A DNA stretch of 64,000 nucleotides. Origin: Octopus vulgaris. Its lineage: Eukaryota. Position 1 is the first letter of the stretch. Each line of letters opens with the position of its first letter. The stretch spans positions 89,094,001-89,158,000 of the forward strand of contig OX597820.1 of the NCBI GenBank assembly GCA_951406725.2, in the 5' to 3' direction. Position numbers and translations under genes: made by a program. This document shows, piece by piece, positions 27,179 through 41,192 of this stretch. Under the pieces are notes generated by a model. It had not been told where the DNA came from. It did not search any database and saw nothing but the letters and a program-made list of their open reading frames with translations.

Positions 27179-28110
27179 CTTATAATCTCTTTGAATCTTG
27201 GTTCACATGACATTAGGGCATGGCCACACACGGGTGCATCTGTATAACATGTGTAGGGCCAGTACTCCTCTCAGTCCTGTATGTCTTAGCCACAAAACTA
27301 TCAGGAATTTGACCCATAACTCGGTTCCTTGACAAGTATTGGTCCTAGAGGCTGTGTGAACCTGGTAGTTGTGATAACTAAGGGGCATTTCAAAGCTCCT
27401 GAGTTGGAACCTTATCACTAGATATAGTTTAATGCTTCACCCAGGACAACTTGATAACTATCGTAGGTCAAAGCAAGCAAAACATAATCTACATATAAGT
27501 ATTTAAATATATATCATCTTTATAGCTGAGGTTAATAGTCTGGGGAATTATAATGTTATTAGCAATAACTAATCTCAGACATTTAGATGTTTAATTAAAA
27601 CTCAGAAGATTTTAATGATAATGGTGTTGATGATGATGACAACGATGATAATATTTCAATGATTTCGATAGTGATGACGGTGTTAATGATTTCAATGATA
27701 ATGATGATGATGATGATGTTGATAGTATTAAAGTGGTGGAGGTGGTAGTAGATGAGTAGAAGAGAGTGGAGGAAGATGGTGCAATGTGGTGAGGAAGATG
27801 GTAATGGTTATGATAATGATACTTATGATGGACATTGTGGTGTTGATTGAGAAGAGAGTGGAGTGAGGTGTGGAAGGTGATAATGATAATAAAAATGATT
27901 GCTAATGATAGCATTGAAAGTAGTGGTGTTGTGTGTATATAAACATATATTTACATATATATGTGTAAATATACACATCAACATCAGTGCCAAGCAGTGA
28001 TTAGAAATATATTTTAGGTTAAATGAAATATATTTCAACTCCTAAAGGCATATTCACTGCAGTTACCATGGAGAAAATTCTGTCTTATAATAACAGGTGT
28101 GAAAACATCT

Positions 28111-28160
<50 letters not shown>

Positions 28161-28856
28161 TCAGGTTGACTCAAAAGCTTTTTCAGATTTTCACTAATGA
28201 TTTTTGGCAACTTGTCTCCCCATGTTATATCGTTAATTTGATACAACTTGTCCAATCATTACTGAATTATTTATTCTGGATTTTCATATATAACATATAA
28301 ACATGAATTGCTTATTCTTTATTTTACAGCTTTGGTAACAAGTGGTGAAAAAATTGCAGTTAGCGCCATATCAAGTTACCATTTTTCATCCCTAGTTACA
28401 ATTCAACACCAAAAGCAAGCAAATTGAGGATTTGCCAGCAGTGGTTTGCATATGTTCCTGTGATGTTGAGCCAGTTCATTGTTAAGATAATGAGAGCAAG
28501 AGCAATGGTAAAAGAAATTAATGATACAGAAGGCTGAGGAACTGTCCATGAATGTGTAGTATGGAACTGGTTCAGATATATCAAAGAAGGTGACACCAAA
28601 CATGAAGACAAATCAAGGTCAAAGAAACCTTCTCTTGTGGAAGAGGATGCCTCTCTTGAAATGCTTGAACAACAACAAAGTGCAAGCACTTGTACATTGT
28701 TGGCAGAATTTGGTCCTTCACAAAGCATCATCAATCAGTATCTACCTAAGTTCGGCCTTGTGAACAGATACTGTCAAGAAGTTCCTCATTATCTTACCAA
28801 TGAACAGGCTCAACATCACGAGAACATAGGCAAACAACTACTGGCAAATCCTCAAT
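28161..28856 (+). mobile_element. Mariner element 5' relic (TIR and HTH region of transposase)
   Basis: TIR-like tcaggttgactcaaaag. Translation KEINDTEG*GTVHECVVWNWFRYIKEGDTKHEDKSRSKKPS...EVPHYLTNEQ (cf. WF.RF..G...LED..RSGRP and WVPHEL). Confidence 0.82.
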
Positions 28857-29879
28857 ATACTCTTACTCTCTTTTACTTGTTTCAGTCATTTGACTGTGGC
28901 CATGCTAGAGCACCGCCTTTAGTTGAGCAAATCGACCCCAGGACTTATTCTTTATAAGCCTAGTACTTATTCTATCGGTCTCTTTTGCCAAACCCGCTAA
29001 GTTATGGGGATGTAAACACACCAGCATCGGTTGTCAAGCGATGTTGGGGGCCAAACACAAACACACAAACATATAACATACACACACACGCACATATATA
29101 TATATATATATATACATATATAGGCGTAGGAGTGGCTGTGTGGTAAGCAGCTTGCTTACCAACCACATTCTACTGGTATATTTTGCTGAACCGCTAGGTT
29201 ATGGCAATGTTAACACACCAACACTAGTTATCAAACAGTGGGTGTGGTGGGGGGACAAACATAGGCACTAAGTCTCACACACACACACAAACATTGATGA
29301 TGATGATAACAGGCTTTTTTCAGTTTCCTTCTACCAAATCCACTCACAAGGCTTTGGTCACCCCATGGCTATAGCAGAAGACACTTGTCCAAGGTGTCAC
29401 ACAGTAAGACTGAACCCAGAACCATGTGGTTAGGAAGAAAACTTGTTTCAGTCATTACACTGTGACCATATTAGGACACCACCTCTGCAACATGCTCCAT
29501 GTCAGCTTTGGCATGGTTTTAATGGCTGGATATCCTTCTTATTGCCATTCAGCCACTTTATAGTGTGTACTGGGTGCTTTTTTTTCATGCTACCAGCACT
29601 AATGAGGTTTCCAAGTAACTTGCAAGAAGGGATAGAGCAAGAAAAAGAAAAAGAGAGAAAAAAAGGAAAGCCTTCTTGATTAAGTATGGTGGTGGTGGGG
29701 TATTTGAGAAGGTGAAGAGGTGATTTTATGCCATGGCCAAGCAGAGGTGGCAAGGTATAGAGAAAATACACAGCTACCTTGCATTTATATAATGGTAGGC
29801 AGGAATATCTGGTAAAAGGTAATATAGTAATGATGGGGTGTGAGACGAAATCCCTGAAGAAGCAAGAGATGATACAAGC

Positions 29880-30021
29880 AGTAGATCAGGGGTGAAGGGT
29901 ACTTTTCAGAGTAGATCAGGGGTGAAGGGTACTTTTCAGTAGATCAGGGGTGAAGGGTACTTTTCAGTAGATCAGGGGTGAAGGGTACTTTTCAGTAGAT
30001 CAGGGGTGAAGGGTACTTTTC
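29880..30021. repeat. Minisatellite, 28-bp unit x5
   Basis: agtagatcaggggtgaagggtacttttc occurs five times identically, with a 2-nt ag spacer after the first copy. Confidence 0.92.
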
Positions 30022-30217
30022 ATGAAGGGAAGGTACTAGATAGTTAAAGATGGAAGCAGAGGTAAATGTAATAAGTAATTAACAGGAGTAGCGGTGTGGA
30101 CTGATGATGAATTAAGACTAATCACCAAAAACAGGAACAATCATTTCAGTAGGATTGTAAACAGTGTTCCATCAACTGAATTTCAACCACACTATTTTGG
30201 TTGGCCCAAGGTTACAG

Positions 30218-30279
<62 letters not shown>

Positions 30280-31087
30280 TTACTACTGCTGCTGCTTACT
30301 AACACAAGCACCTACCCAAAACGCCACACAGTAAGTTTGAATCTAAAACCATGGAATTGCAAAAAGCAAACTTATTGACTACATAACCATGTCTGCATTT
30401 GTTTAGATAGTGGCAATTCTCATAGGTAGTGTTTACTTTGTATTCTGATAGGAGAATATAAGGAACAAACGAAGCTGTTGTTTATCCTGGGAGACTGTAT
30501 TTAATGGAAGTTGTGGAAAAACTTACCAAAAGTTATTGACAAGAATCTCTTTGAAGCAAATTTTAAAATTCTATCTTTGGCAAAATGCCACAACTACTGC
30601 AACTACAATAATGATTTCTTACATACAGGTCTCAAACGTAGAGACCTTGTATGTAAGTAAAAAGTTAAAAATCAAAACTAAAGTCCCAACATTTACACTG
30701 GTATTTTAGTTTGTTGATGTAGAAGAATGAAAGGCAAGGTTCACTTTGGAAGTATTTGAACTCAGAATGTAAAGAGTTGAGACAAGGACAACAAACCTTG
30801 GCAAATCCATTAACTTTATTATGACTACAGTATCTGAGACCTCCTTCGATCACAGCCTTTGCTGACCTTTTGGCTACCATTCACCAAATGCATGGTCCAC
30901 TTGCTATATGTGTGTATGTGTGTGCATAACAATGCAGGGGTGGGTATCTGGAAGCATAGTTGCTAGAATAATAATGGGTTGGAAGATACTGCTTATAACA
31001 TAGAATTTCTCTTTCAGGGTATCAGAGCAAAGAGGAGACTCTATGTTTTCTGACTATGAAGTGTAATGCTGCCACATGGCAGTGAGA

Positions 31088-31483
31088 TTCTTTTTATTCT
31101 TTTATTCTTTTACTTGTTTCAGTCATTTGACTGCAGCCCTGCTGGAGTGCTGCCTTTAGTCAAACAAATCAACCCCAGGACTTATTCTTTGTAAGCCTAG
31201 TACTCATTCTATCAGTCTCTTTTGCCGAACTGCTAAGTTACAGGGACATAAACACACCAACATCAGTTGTCAAGTGATGGTGGGGAGACAAACACAGACA
31301 CACAAACATATACATACACGATGGGCTTCATTCAGTTTCCGCCTACCAAATCCACTCAAAAAGGCTTTGGCTGGCCCAAGGCTAGAATAGAAGACACTTG
31401 CCCAAAGTGCTACACAGTGGGACTGAAACTGGAACCATGTGGTTGGGAAGCAGGCTTCTTACCACACAGCCATGCCTGCACCT
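31088..31483 (-). mobile_element. SINE family A
   Basis: Reverse-complement family match, CpG-decayed. Confidence 0.82.
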
Positions 31484-31515
31484 GTATGAATATTGAATGC
31501 ATTGGCTACTTGCAA

Positions 31516-31599
31516 AAGCTAACATAAAGCTAATAAAAGCTAGAAATATATGAAGCTAACATAAAGCTAATAAAAGCTAGAAATATATGAAGCTAACAT
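31516..31599. repeat. 37-bp tandem repeat x2.3
   Basis: aagctaacataaagctaataaaagctagaaatatatg repeated. Confidence 0.85.
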
Positions 31600-32149
31600 G
31601 CTAGTGCACATGAATGATAAAATATACCACTATCCATCACAAATATCCACCAGTAATTCTACTGTGGTACCAACCCCACCAGAATCACCACCACCACCAC
31701 CACCACCATCACTACTACCATAGCTCAATCATAGGTAACCACTCTACAGTGCATGATTGTACAATATCTCAGAAAAGATGTTTTAACAGTTGTTTACACT
31801 CATTACTCAATTTCTCCTACTGCTGCTGCTGCTACTGCTGCTGCTACTACTACTACTACTACTATTACTGCTGCTGCTACTAACACAACTATTACATCCA
31901 CTACCACCATCACCACTACTACTACTACTACTACTACTACAATTTTCTCCACAGATATGATATCAAGTCTATGAGCACAATGTGTTGTTTGTTAACTACA
32001 GAGGGTCGATGAAAGAGATAGTTTTGCTTTGGAGAACCATCATAAATACAAGTGGGAATGCTAATGCTAAATAAACTTAATGGGAGATCTTTCAGTGAAA
32101 TCATTAGTTTTTGTTTGTTTTTTGTTCACATTTATTAGAAGTTATACCA

Positions 32150-32430
32150 GCCTCCAAACTGAACATTAATGCACTGTTCTAAAAGTCCCAGTTATCCTGT
32201 CTAGGGTGAGAACCACGTACTGTAATAGATTGGGATTCAAGGGCGCACAGCTACTTAATGCCTTGCCAAAACATCTGAGGGATCTTCATGGAGTAGGGGT
32301 AGATGTTTTCGAGAAACAACTTGACTGCCTGCTGTTCAAGGACTCAGATAAACCTATATCAGGGCAAGAAACTCAAAAGAGGGCAGCAGTGTTGAACTTC
32401 TTTCTTAAGCAAATGCCAATTGCATAAGAG
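32150..32430 (+). mobile_element. CR1/L2-group LINE ORF2 C-terminus relic
   Basis: RTTYCNRLGFKGAQLLNALPKHLRDLHGVGVDVFEKQLD..DKP, cf. the G..LFN.LP..LR....V..FK..LD..L...PD.P C-terminal signature. Confidence 0.65.
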
Positions 32431-33571
32431 TGGCCATTGAAAAGGTGATTACACTGGCAATGTTCCAGCATGGCCACAGCCTTTGGGCTGAAGCATATAA
32501 AAGAATTAACAATAAGTACTGAACCACTACTATCACTACACCATACCATACCACTCCATAGCAGCACCCTGCTACAAACTCACCAATTAAGAAAGGCCTG
32601 CAAAGACTATGGGTACTACCCCATCTTACACACTCATCATCATCATCATTTAGCATCCACTTTTCCTTCTTGCATGGATCAGATGAAAATTGTTGAGGCA
32701 GACTTCCTAAGGCCAGATACCCTTCTTGTCATCAACCATCACCAGTTTCCAAACAAGGTAACATCTTTCCTGAGTTAGACATGATTTTCATGAAGACTGG
32801 AAATGAACAACTTCGCCTGTATGACAATGAAATCTAGACAATACATGTGATGTCCCACATATCATGAAAACCAAGTCCCTACATAATGAAAGAGAAGAAA
32901 AAAAACCCAACCAGGTCAGTAAACTGAGCAAAGTTTAAGGGTCCCATGGTGATATCTTCTCAGGTTACTAACCTGGTTGGTCTTTTCCTCTCTCTCAAAT
33001 AAAACAGCAGTTCCCTAGCCTATCCAGAGGTCTAAACAAGGATGATACTCTACTCTTTTCACAACCATAGGGATGTCTTGATTGTCCGTTGAATGTACCT
33101 GAAAGTCTCTCTATAAGTTTTTAAAGAATTTCTTTATAATTTTGTGCTCTGTATAAATATGTGTGTATGTGTGTGTGTGTATGTATATATATATATAATA
33201 GAAATATGTTACATATATGTCAATAATTGTTGGAAGCTGAAATATCTTCTGATCCTAAAAGGAAAGCTCAGTCTTTGAGCTACGTTCCAAGACTTTGAAG
33301 GAGGTACTTTTGCTAGATAAATCCCTCACTGATAGAGGGTCCCAACAAATGGAGCAGTTGTGGGTACTTTTATACATTAGGGCTGCAGGGTGCTGCTATG
33401 GAGTGGTATGGTGTAGTGATAGCAGTGGCTCAGTACTTATATATATGTTATATATATATACTTGTTAATACAAATTCAGCTTGTGTTGCATCCCATTACT
33501 TAATAAATGAAAAATGTATATATATATATGTTATATATGTATATATATATATTTATATGTGTGTGTGTGTA

Positions 33572-33603
<32 letters not shown>

Positions 33604-34087
33604 TGTGTGTGTATGTGTATATGTGTGTGTGTGGGTGTGTGTACATATATATATGTCAATGCTAGTTGTTTTTATTGGCATTCCTACTTCTATATATATA
33701 TATACAGACACACACACACACACACACAAGCATATACAACTATATTTATAATTATCACATGATGTCAAGGCAAGGCGACAGTAACATGCCCTGCACACAC
33801 ACACACACATACACACAATGGGATTTTTTTTAGTTTCCATCTCTGAAATCCCCTCAAACAGCTTTGGGCTGTAGCAGAATACACTTGCCAAATGTGCTAC
33901 ACAGTGGGACTGAACCCAAAGCTATATGGCTGGGAAGTAAACTTCTTACCACACAGCCATGCCTTAGCATATGAATCAAAAAAAAATAATCATCACCAGC
34001 CACAGTCACAGAATCAGTCGAGCACTTTGTGCCATAAAAACTGTCCCGCCTATAGATACATTCAATAAAGAGAACTAAGGAGGTAAA

Positions 34088-34482
34088 CTCTTTACTCTTT
34101 TACTAGTTTCAGTAATTTGACTGTGGCCATGCTGGAGCACCGCCTTTAGTTGAGCAACTCGACCCCGGGACTTATTCTTTGTAAGCCCAGTATTTATTCT
34201 ATCGGTCTCTTTTGCCGAACTGCTAAGTAACAGGGACATAAACACACCAGCATCGGTTGTCAAGCAATGCTAGAGGTACAAACACAGACACACAAACATA
34301 CACGCACATACATATATACGACGGGCTTCTTTCAGTTTCCGTCTATCAAATCCACTCACAAGGCTTTGGTCGGCCCGAGGCTATAGTAGAAGACATTTGC
34401 CCAAGGTGCCATGCAGTGGGACTGAACCTGGAACCATGTGGTTGGTAAGCAAGCTACTTACCACACAGCCACTCCTGCGCCT
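34088..34482 (-). mobile_element. SINE family A
   Basis: Near-consensus reverse complement. Confidence 0.87.
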
Positions 34483-34677
34483 CTTTCTTTCTTACTTTAT
34501 ATAATGTTTCGTTTTTGTCTGCTTCATAAATTTAGGATGTTTTTGTTAAGGGAAAATCCTGAACACCCCACATGACTGATTACAATAGATAAAAACTGAG
34601 TGAACCGTCGAGGGTAGTTGACGGTGTTAGTTTGACCATGTTGGCTTACTGTGTTAGTTCAATGTGTATTGGTTTAA

Positions 34678-34898
34678 CCCTTTAGTGTTCGCATTATTCT
34701 GCCAAAATTAATCCTTTTTTATCCATATTACCTCGAACTAATCAGGCATTATCTTGGAGCTATGAGATTTTGATGAGGTAGCTGTTAATTTTTAAAACGA
34801 TATTGTAGGGCTGGTGCGAGAGACCAGATCTGGCCAGTTTGAACATAAAACAGGTAGAATACTTTTGGCCGGATATGGCCGGTTTAACTGCTAAAGGG
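34678..34898. mobile_element. piggyBac-type MITE, 221 bp (same family as 21571)
   Basis: TTAA-CCCTTTAG ... CTAAAGGG-TTAA. The interior is the reverse complement of the 21571 copy. Confidence 0.85.
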
Positions 34899-35587
34899 TT
34901 AACAGTCAGTAGTTGAACAGTGAATATTGAGTATCGTATCTATGTTCGAGTAGTACAGTGTACATTCTGTGTTAACAAATATTTTCTGCGTTAGGTACTT
35001 TTCAGATAATTACAACCAATTATTTATTTGTATAACACCATTTTACACCAGACATGGATACCCACGTCATAACAGTTTTCAATTTCCTTCTCAGTGGTCA
35101 CGGGCAATGCTTTTATTATCACATGAGAGAAAAAAAATTCTCGCATCAAATAATTTCTTAACCATGTAATGAGGGTGATGTGGTAATTAGTAATGCTAGA
35201 AGTTTTGATTACTCTTTTTAATTGTTCATGGCTGAAAATTAAGATCCAATCAAAAATCATCAGGCTTTGGTATATCCTGTTTGGATATTTTCAGATAGTA
35301 TATTTTTTCTATTCTTTTTTTTGTTTTTGGTAATGCTTTATGATTTTAAATAGTCTTCTGGAACATGTTATGTATTCAAAACTATTTCATCTTTTGTCTA
35401 TTTCTTGCATCTGTCATTACTGAGTTACTGTCTTGAAGGATTTAACTGAATGAATTGACCTTAGTACTTATTCTATCAATGTTTTGTTGAACTACTAATT
35501 AGTGGGGACATAAACAAACCAACATAGGTTGTCAAATAGTGTGATGGGATCAAACACAAAGATACACTCACATTATATATACATATA

Positions 35588-35816
35588 TTCTCTTTTACTC
35601 TTTTACTTGTTTCAGTCATTTGACTGTGGCCATGCTGGAGCACCGCTTTTAGTCGAGCAAATCAACCCCAGGACTTATTCTTTGTAAGCCTAGTACTTAT
35701 TCTATCAGTATCTTTTGCCGAACCACTAAGTTACGGGGACATAAACACACCAGCATCGGTTGTCAAGCGATGTTGGGGGAACAAACACAGACACACAAAC
35801 GTACATATACACACAC

Positions 35817-35906
<90 letters not shown>

Positions 35907-36068
35907 GATGGGCTTTTTTCAGTTTCTGTCTACCAAATCCACTCATAAGGCTTTGGTCGGCTCGAGGCTATAGTAGAAGACACTTCCCAAGGTGCCATGC
36001 AGTGGGACTGAACCCAGAACCATGCGGTTCGTAAGCAAGCTATTTGCCACACAGCCACTCCTACACCT
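35588..36068 (-). mobile_element. SINE family A with expanded internal (TA)n
   Basis: Family match. Confidence 0.85.
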
Positions 36069-36089
36069 ATATATATATATATATATATA

Positions 36090-36378
36090 TCACCGTGACC
36101 GAACAGGCTATCAGATGTTGCTACACATTGCTGGTCACAATGCACTTCGCATTGTTTTAGCCTTGAAATGACGCCACCCCACTGGCTAAGCGAGCAGGCC
36201 AACAGAAAAAAGAGTGAGAGAAAGTTGTGGCGAAAGAGTACAGCAAGGATTGCCCCCCCCCCCTGTCGGAGCCTCGTGGAGCTTTAGCTGTTTTCGCTCA
36301 ATAAACACTCACAACGCCCGGTCTGGGAATCGAAACCGCGATCCTGCTGCCCTAACCACTGGGCCATTGCGCCTCCGC
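36090..36378 (-). mobile_element. SINE family C with RTE-type tail
   Basis: Head ggaggcgcaatggcccagtgg at 36378; tail ...ctgttcggtcacggtga abuts (TA)n. Confidence 0.82.
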
Positions 36379-36388
36379 ATATACATAT

Positions 36389-36421
<33 letters not shown>

Positions 36422-36600
36422 CACATACATATATAGTTATAGTTATGGTATATTCTGTTAAGAACATTGTAGAGTACACTATAAAGTTTGCCCACCTTCA
36501 TATTTACCCAGCACACTTGGAGAACTATGTTGCATTGAAACAATTGTAGTGATTAAAAACCAATCCCCTTCTTGCTGACTCCAAGTTTTTCAAATATATA

Positions 36601-37024
36601 CTGTAAAAACCCATGTAATTAATGCACTATTTTGGGGGCAAAAATAAAAATTAACATTAGTGAGTGTGTAAATTATATGAGTAGGTCGTTTCCGGAATTT
36701 TTTTAGAAATTTTTTTTGTTGAAAAAAGACATATACATGTCATTCCCAGAAAACTAATTTTATTTATATAGAAGACAACACAATCACTTTGTAATTTAAC
36801 ATCTTTTAATGTAAATTTAATAAAATCTAATCATAAGTAAGTGAAATTATGCTAAATACAACTAAATTGAAAGCCTTTTTCCCTGGCCATATCAGCAATT
36901 CTGAAAACTTTTGTGTTGGAATTTTACATGAGTAGTAGCTTTTTTTAATAATTTTTATCCTAAAAATCACCTGAGTTTCCATGCGTAAATTACACTGGTT
37001 TTCAATTTACATGGGTTTTTACAT
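36601..37024. mobile_element. Tc1/pogo-type MITE
   Basis: 17-bp perfect TIR tgtaaaaacccatgtaa (36602-36618 and 37007-37023), flanked by TA. Confidence 0.75.
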
Positions 37025-37046
37025 TATATATATATATATATATATA

Positions 37047-37197
37047 GGAGTGGCTGTGTGGTAAGTAGCTTGTTTACCAACCACATGATTCCGGGTTCAG
37101 TCCCACTGCGTGGCACCTTGGGCAAGTGTCTTCTACTATAGCCTCGGGCCGACCAAAGCCTTGTGAGTGGATTTGGTAGACGGAAACTGAAAGAAGC

Positions 37198-37243
<46 letters not shown>

Positions 37244-37417
37244 TGTGTGTGTCTGTGTCTGTGTCTGTCCCCCTAGCATTGCTTGACAACCAATGCTGGT
37301 GTGTTTATGTCCCCGTTACTTAGCGGTTCGGCAAAAGAGACCGATAGAATAAGTACTGGGCTTACAAAAGAATAAGTCCTGGGGTCGAGTTGCTCGATTA
37401 AAGGCAGTGCTCCAACA
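37047..37417 (+). mobile_element. SINE family A, 3'-truncated at a (GA)n tract
   Basis: Family match. Confidence 0.85.
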
Positions 37418-37492
37418 TGAGAGAGAGAGAGAGAGAGAGAGAGATAGATAGAGAGGGAGAGAGAGAGAGGTATGTGTGTGTGTATATATAAA

Positions 37493-37539
<47 letters not shown>

Positions 37540-37622
37540 AATCCAAACGGGAAACAAAAAAACAACAACAAGGGAACAATTATATTATTATTAATAGGCG
37601 CTCAGGAAATGGAAGCAGGGAG

Positions 37623-37658
37623 GTATGACGTTTCGAGCGGAGCTCTTCGTCGGAAACA
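37623..37658 (-). ncRNA. Degenerate minimal hammerhead ribozyme motif (PLE-type)
   Basis: Sense CCGACGA-A-GAGC(UCC)GCUC-GAAA-CG-UC. The core has U4C and stem I is weak. Downstream cctgagcg...aata is shared with the 59 kb copies. Confidence 0.45.
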
Positions 37659-38007
37659 TAAAGAAGGAAGAGAGAGGAAAGAAAGATCCCGGAGCGGGCA
37701 ACGGAGATAGAGAAAAAACGGCTGGTGTTAGCAGAAGCACATGGTGAAAGGCGGATGTTTACGATAACAAGAGCAAAGTGGGTTTTTAAAGGCAAAAGAG
37801 TGGAGACAAGGTTGGTAACGCAACAGATGTGTGTGTATGTGTGAGTGTGTGCGTGTGCGTGTGTGTATGTGTGTGTGTGAGGCGAGGTAAAAAAAACAAA
37901 AAATATATGTATGTGTTAGTGTGTGCGTCTGTGTGTAGGCGTGTGAGGTAGGGCGAGACGGTGGTCAGCATAGCAGCAGCATAGCAGACAAAGGTCATAG
38001 ATAGATA

Positions 38008-38083
<76 letters not shown>

Positions 38084-39399
38084 ACAGGCTTCCACATAGT
38101 TTCTGTCTAATAAGGTACTGATTGTTCTGGAGCTATAGTAGAAGAAACCAAGTGCTTTGCAATGGAACTGAACCTGAAATCACATGGTTGCAAAGTATGT
38201 ATTTTAACTACATAACCATGTCTGTGTTTGACAACCTTTTTCTTCTTTTTTAAAGAAAACCATACTGCATAATCTCAATTTTCATTATTTCAGCCATGCT
38301 GAGTTTCCAGGCCTGTATACCTTATAAAAAATAATGCTACATATAAAGGCGTCTTAAATTTTAGTTCTGGAAGCCATTAATATTCTTTCAATTTTTTTCC
38401 AGGACATTAAACACTGTTGTTTCAGGTTTTAACTTGTTGATACCACCAAAACCAAACGTAGTAAAGTTCTATCATAAAAGTTAATGATCATCACAAACAC
38501 AACAGCATCATTGCACAAGTAGACAATACGATCAGCATATAAAATCATTCTGAGGGATTGAATAACACCAAGGCCACATACATTGCATTGTTGTTGCATA
38601 GAGTAATGATTAGGGATCTAAAACAAACACTGCAGTTTGATGTTTGCAAATTCTGCAAACAACACCTAATGTTCAGCACATCGCAACAAAAGATCAATGA
38701 ATATTCCTTCAAACTTTACCTAATCAACTTGAACATTTTGCTTATTTCTTTGTGTTCATTTTCTGTTTACCCTTACTATGCTTTGCTTTTACATTTCAGT
38801 TTCTCAATTTTGTTGTATTGCATTCTTCTGCTTTGTATTCCATGTTCATACCCGGTTTCTGCACTGTATATTTACATACACCACCTCTTTACCTCTTTTC
38901 GACTTTTTAAAGTTTAGCAGGAGGCTATGTAGCATAGCCACATAACTAAAGCATGGTAATAAGTGACCAGAGGTGCTATGGTTGTCCTGCACAGCAGACG
39001 AATACATTGGTGATGTAGCTAGCCTCATTTTGATACACTAACCTCGTTTTGATACACCATTCTCATTCTGACCTACACAGTAGTAACAAATTCAGTTAGT
39101 GACAGGCCCGAGTCAAAGACACATGTCTTTACTGCAGCTCCACGTGCAATCTCCCATGTGTGTTACTCACACATCTGTTTACCTCAACACAAGATCTAGG
39201 GGTTTGTAAATGAAGATATTTTGTTATCACACACACACACATTCTCAAAATGACTGTTCTTTTCACGCACAAGCATACATACTGTAATACAGATATCATA
39301 TGTTACTTCTCTTCTCAAGTCTAAATTTCAAATATATTAAAAATAACAGGTGATTCAACACTTCTTTATTTGTAACTAGTAAAAGGTTTAAAAAATAAT

Positions 39400-39760
39400 T
39401 TTGAACTTTGAACAGTGGCATTTTGCCAAACAATTTGCAACTGGAGACAGTGTACTTTGATGACTATCTGGATAGACTGTTGCAACTCTTCATCTAAGAT
39501 GCAGTGCTGCAAAAAAAAAAGCTGGTGTCACTTAGCTGATGTAGCAGATAAGTTAGGTAACTGTGCAATGGTCAAATCACTGAGACTGGATGGTTTGCCT
39601 TGAGAACTCAAATGTTCCATGCCAGGTTTGCTTGCAACTGTCTGGGCAACTGTATATACAACTGGCAACAAAATGGAAATATCCACAATTATGTGAGCTG
39701 AGAAGTAGTGATGCTGAGGAAGGACTTAAGAAGAGAATACAGCTTTTGAAAAGCTATATT
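39400..39760 (+). mobile_element. L1/Tx1-like RT relic
   Basis: VKSLRLDGLP*EL..NWQQNGNI (cf. GKSPGLDGLPYE.Y), frame-broken. Confidence 0.55.
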
Positions 39761-41192
39761 TGAAAATAACCACAAACCATGATGTGTTGAAGTGTTGTTC
39801 ACTGTGTGTTAAACACCAAATTGAGAGAGGGTATAATCTACCATTAAAGCATGGGTCTTTTTCCACTTAACTGCAAATCTCCTTATATATATATATATAT
39901 TTGTCTTCTTGACTATTGATGGATCAAAGGGGCATACAACATCAATTATATTGCACATGTGGTGCAGATGGCAAGCTAGCAGAATCATTAGCATGCCAGG
40001 CAAAATGCTTAGTGACATTTCATCCATCTTAACATTCAGGGTTCAAATTTCACTGAGGTCAACTTTGCCTTTTATCATCTTGGGGTCAATAAATTACGTA
40101 TCAGTGAAACACTGGGGTCAATCTAGTCGACTAGTCCTCTCCCCCCAAATTTCAGGCCTTGTACTTTTAGTAGAAAGGATTATTATTATTATTATTTCTC
40201 ATTATTATCATTAGTAGAAATAGAGGAAATGTGAGAGAAGGAATGAGGTATACAATTATATTTATCATGTATATTACCGGTAATTTATGTTATCAGACCT
40301 AAAACAATTAAAGACAATTAATCTCAGTTGGAAATTGAAATCTAGAAGTGCATAGTTTTAAACTACATGCATTAAAGCAGTATTTTTCAAGGGGGCAGAA
40401 ACAAGCCCTTAAGTATTTAGTTTTATCCCTCCTTGTTGTAAGTTAAAATTGTTATCAAGTGTGAGTTAACTTTTCAAGGAGGGAATAGTAGCAGATGAAA
40501 AAAAGATAATTGTTGAAATATTACAAAAATTTGTTTTGTTGGCCTAGTGAAGAGGAATCAACATTATTGAAATAGTAAATGGTGATAGTGGATTGCATGA
40601 TCTTTGGATTAAAGAGGAGCCAGTTATAGTCATTTTAGAGGATGAAAAGAGAGGAGTGGTGTGTGGAGGAAAATAGGAGTGGTAGCATTTCATGTGTTAT
40701 TTCCAGGATGCCTTAAAAGGGGTTGGTTAACAGGTTTAAAAAATTGGGTGAACAAATTATCCTGTTTGAAACCAGTTACTGACAAACTGCATTGTGAAGG
40801 TCTTCTTAAATGGCACATCAGATAAAAAAAAATTACCTTGAATTTCTTTTAATAGTGTTGCCTGCTTATTGATAAGCCATGTTTCAGGTGGCCAGCTTCT
40901 CAAAAAAAGTTTCTCATATCTGTTTTAAACCATTTAAACTCATTCATCTGTCTCTACACATTTCTAAGAAAGAACTGTATGTGTTCAGTTATAAACAGTG
41001 ACAGGAATGGTAGCTGACTATTGAAAATTGCCTCAACACCTATTAAATCCCTATGCCTTATCCCACAATATTTGATTGGTAAATGTATCTTATTCACCCT
41101 GGAAGGCAGAAAGACAAAGCTGACGTGGCAGAATTTGAATTTAGAAATTAAATGAATGAATGTATATTTATGAGTATGTATGTATCTATGTG

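Noticed and set aside
29880-30021. Possible CRISPR array (28-bp repeats)
   Set aside because: There are no spacers and no cas genes, and the context is eukaryotic. The 184-bp SINE B array is likewise not CRISPR.
30095-30170. CTGATGA...CCAAAA as a decayed hammerhead
   Set aside because: GAAA is missing and stems I and III are not convincing.
39165-39290. Candidate minus-strand exon with AG/GT boundaries
   Set aside because: It contains a (TG)n run, the peptide is not protein-like, and there is no other support.
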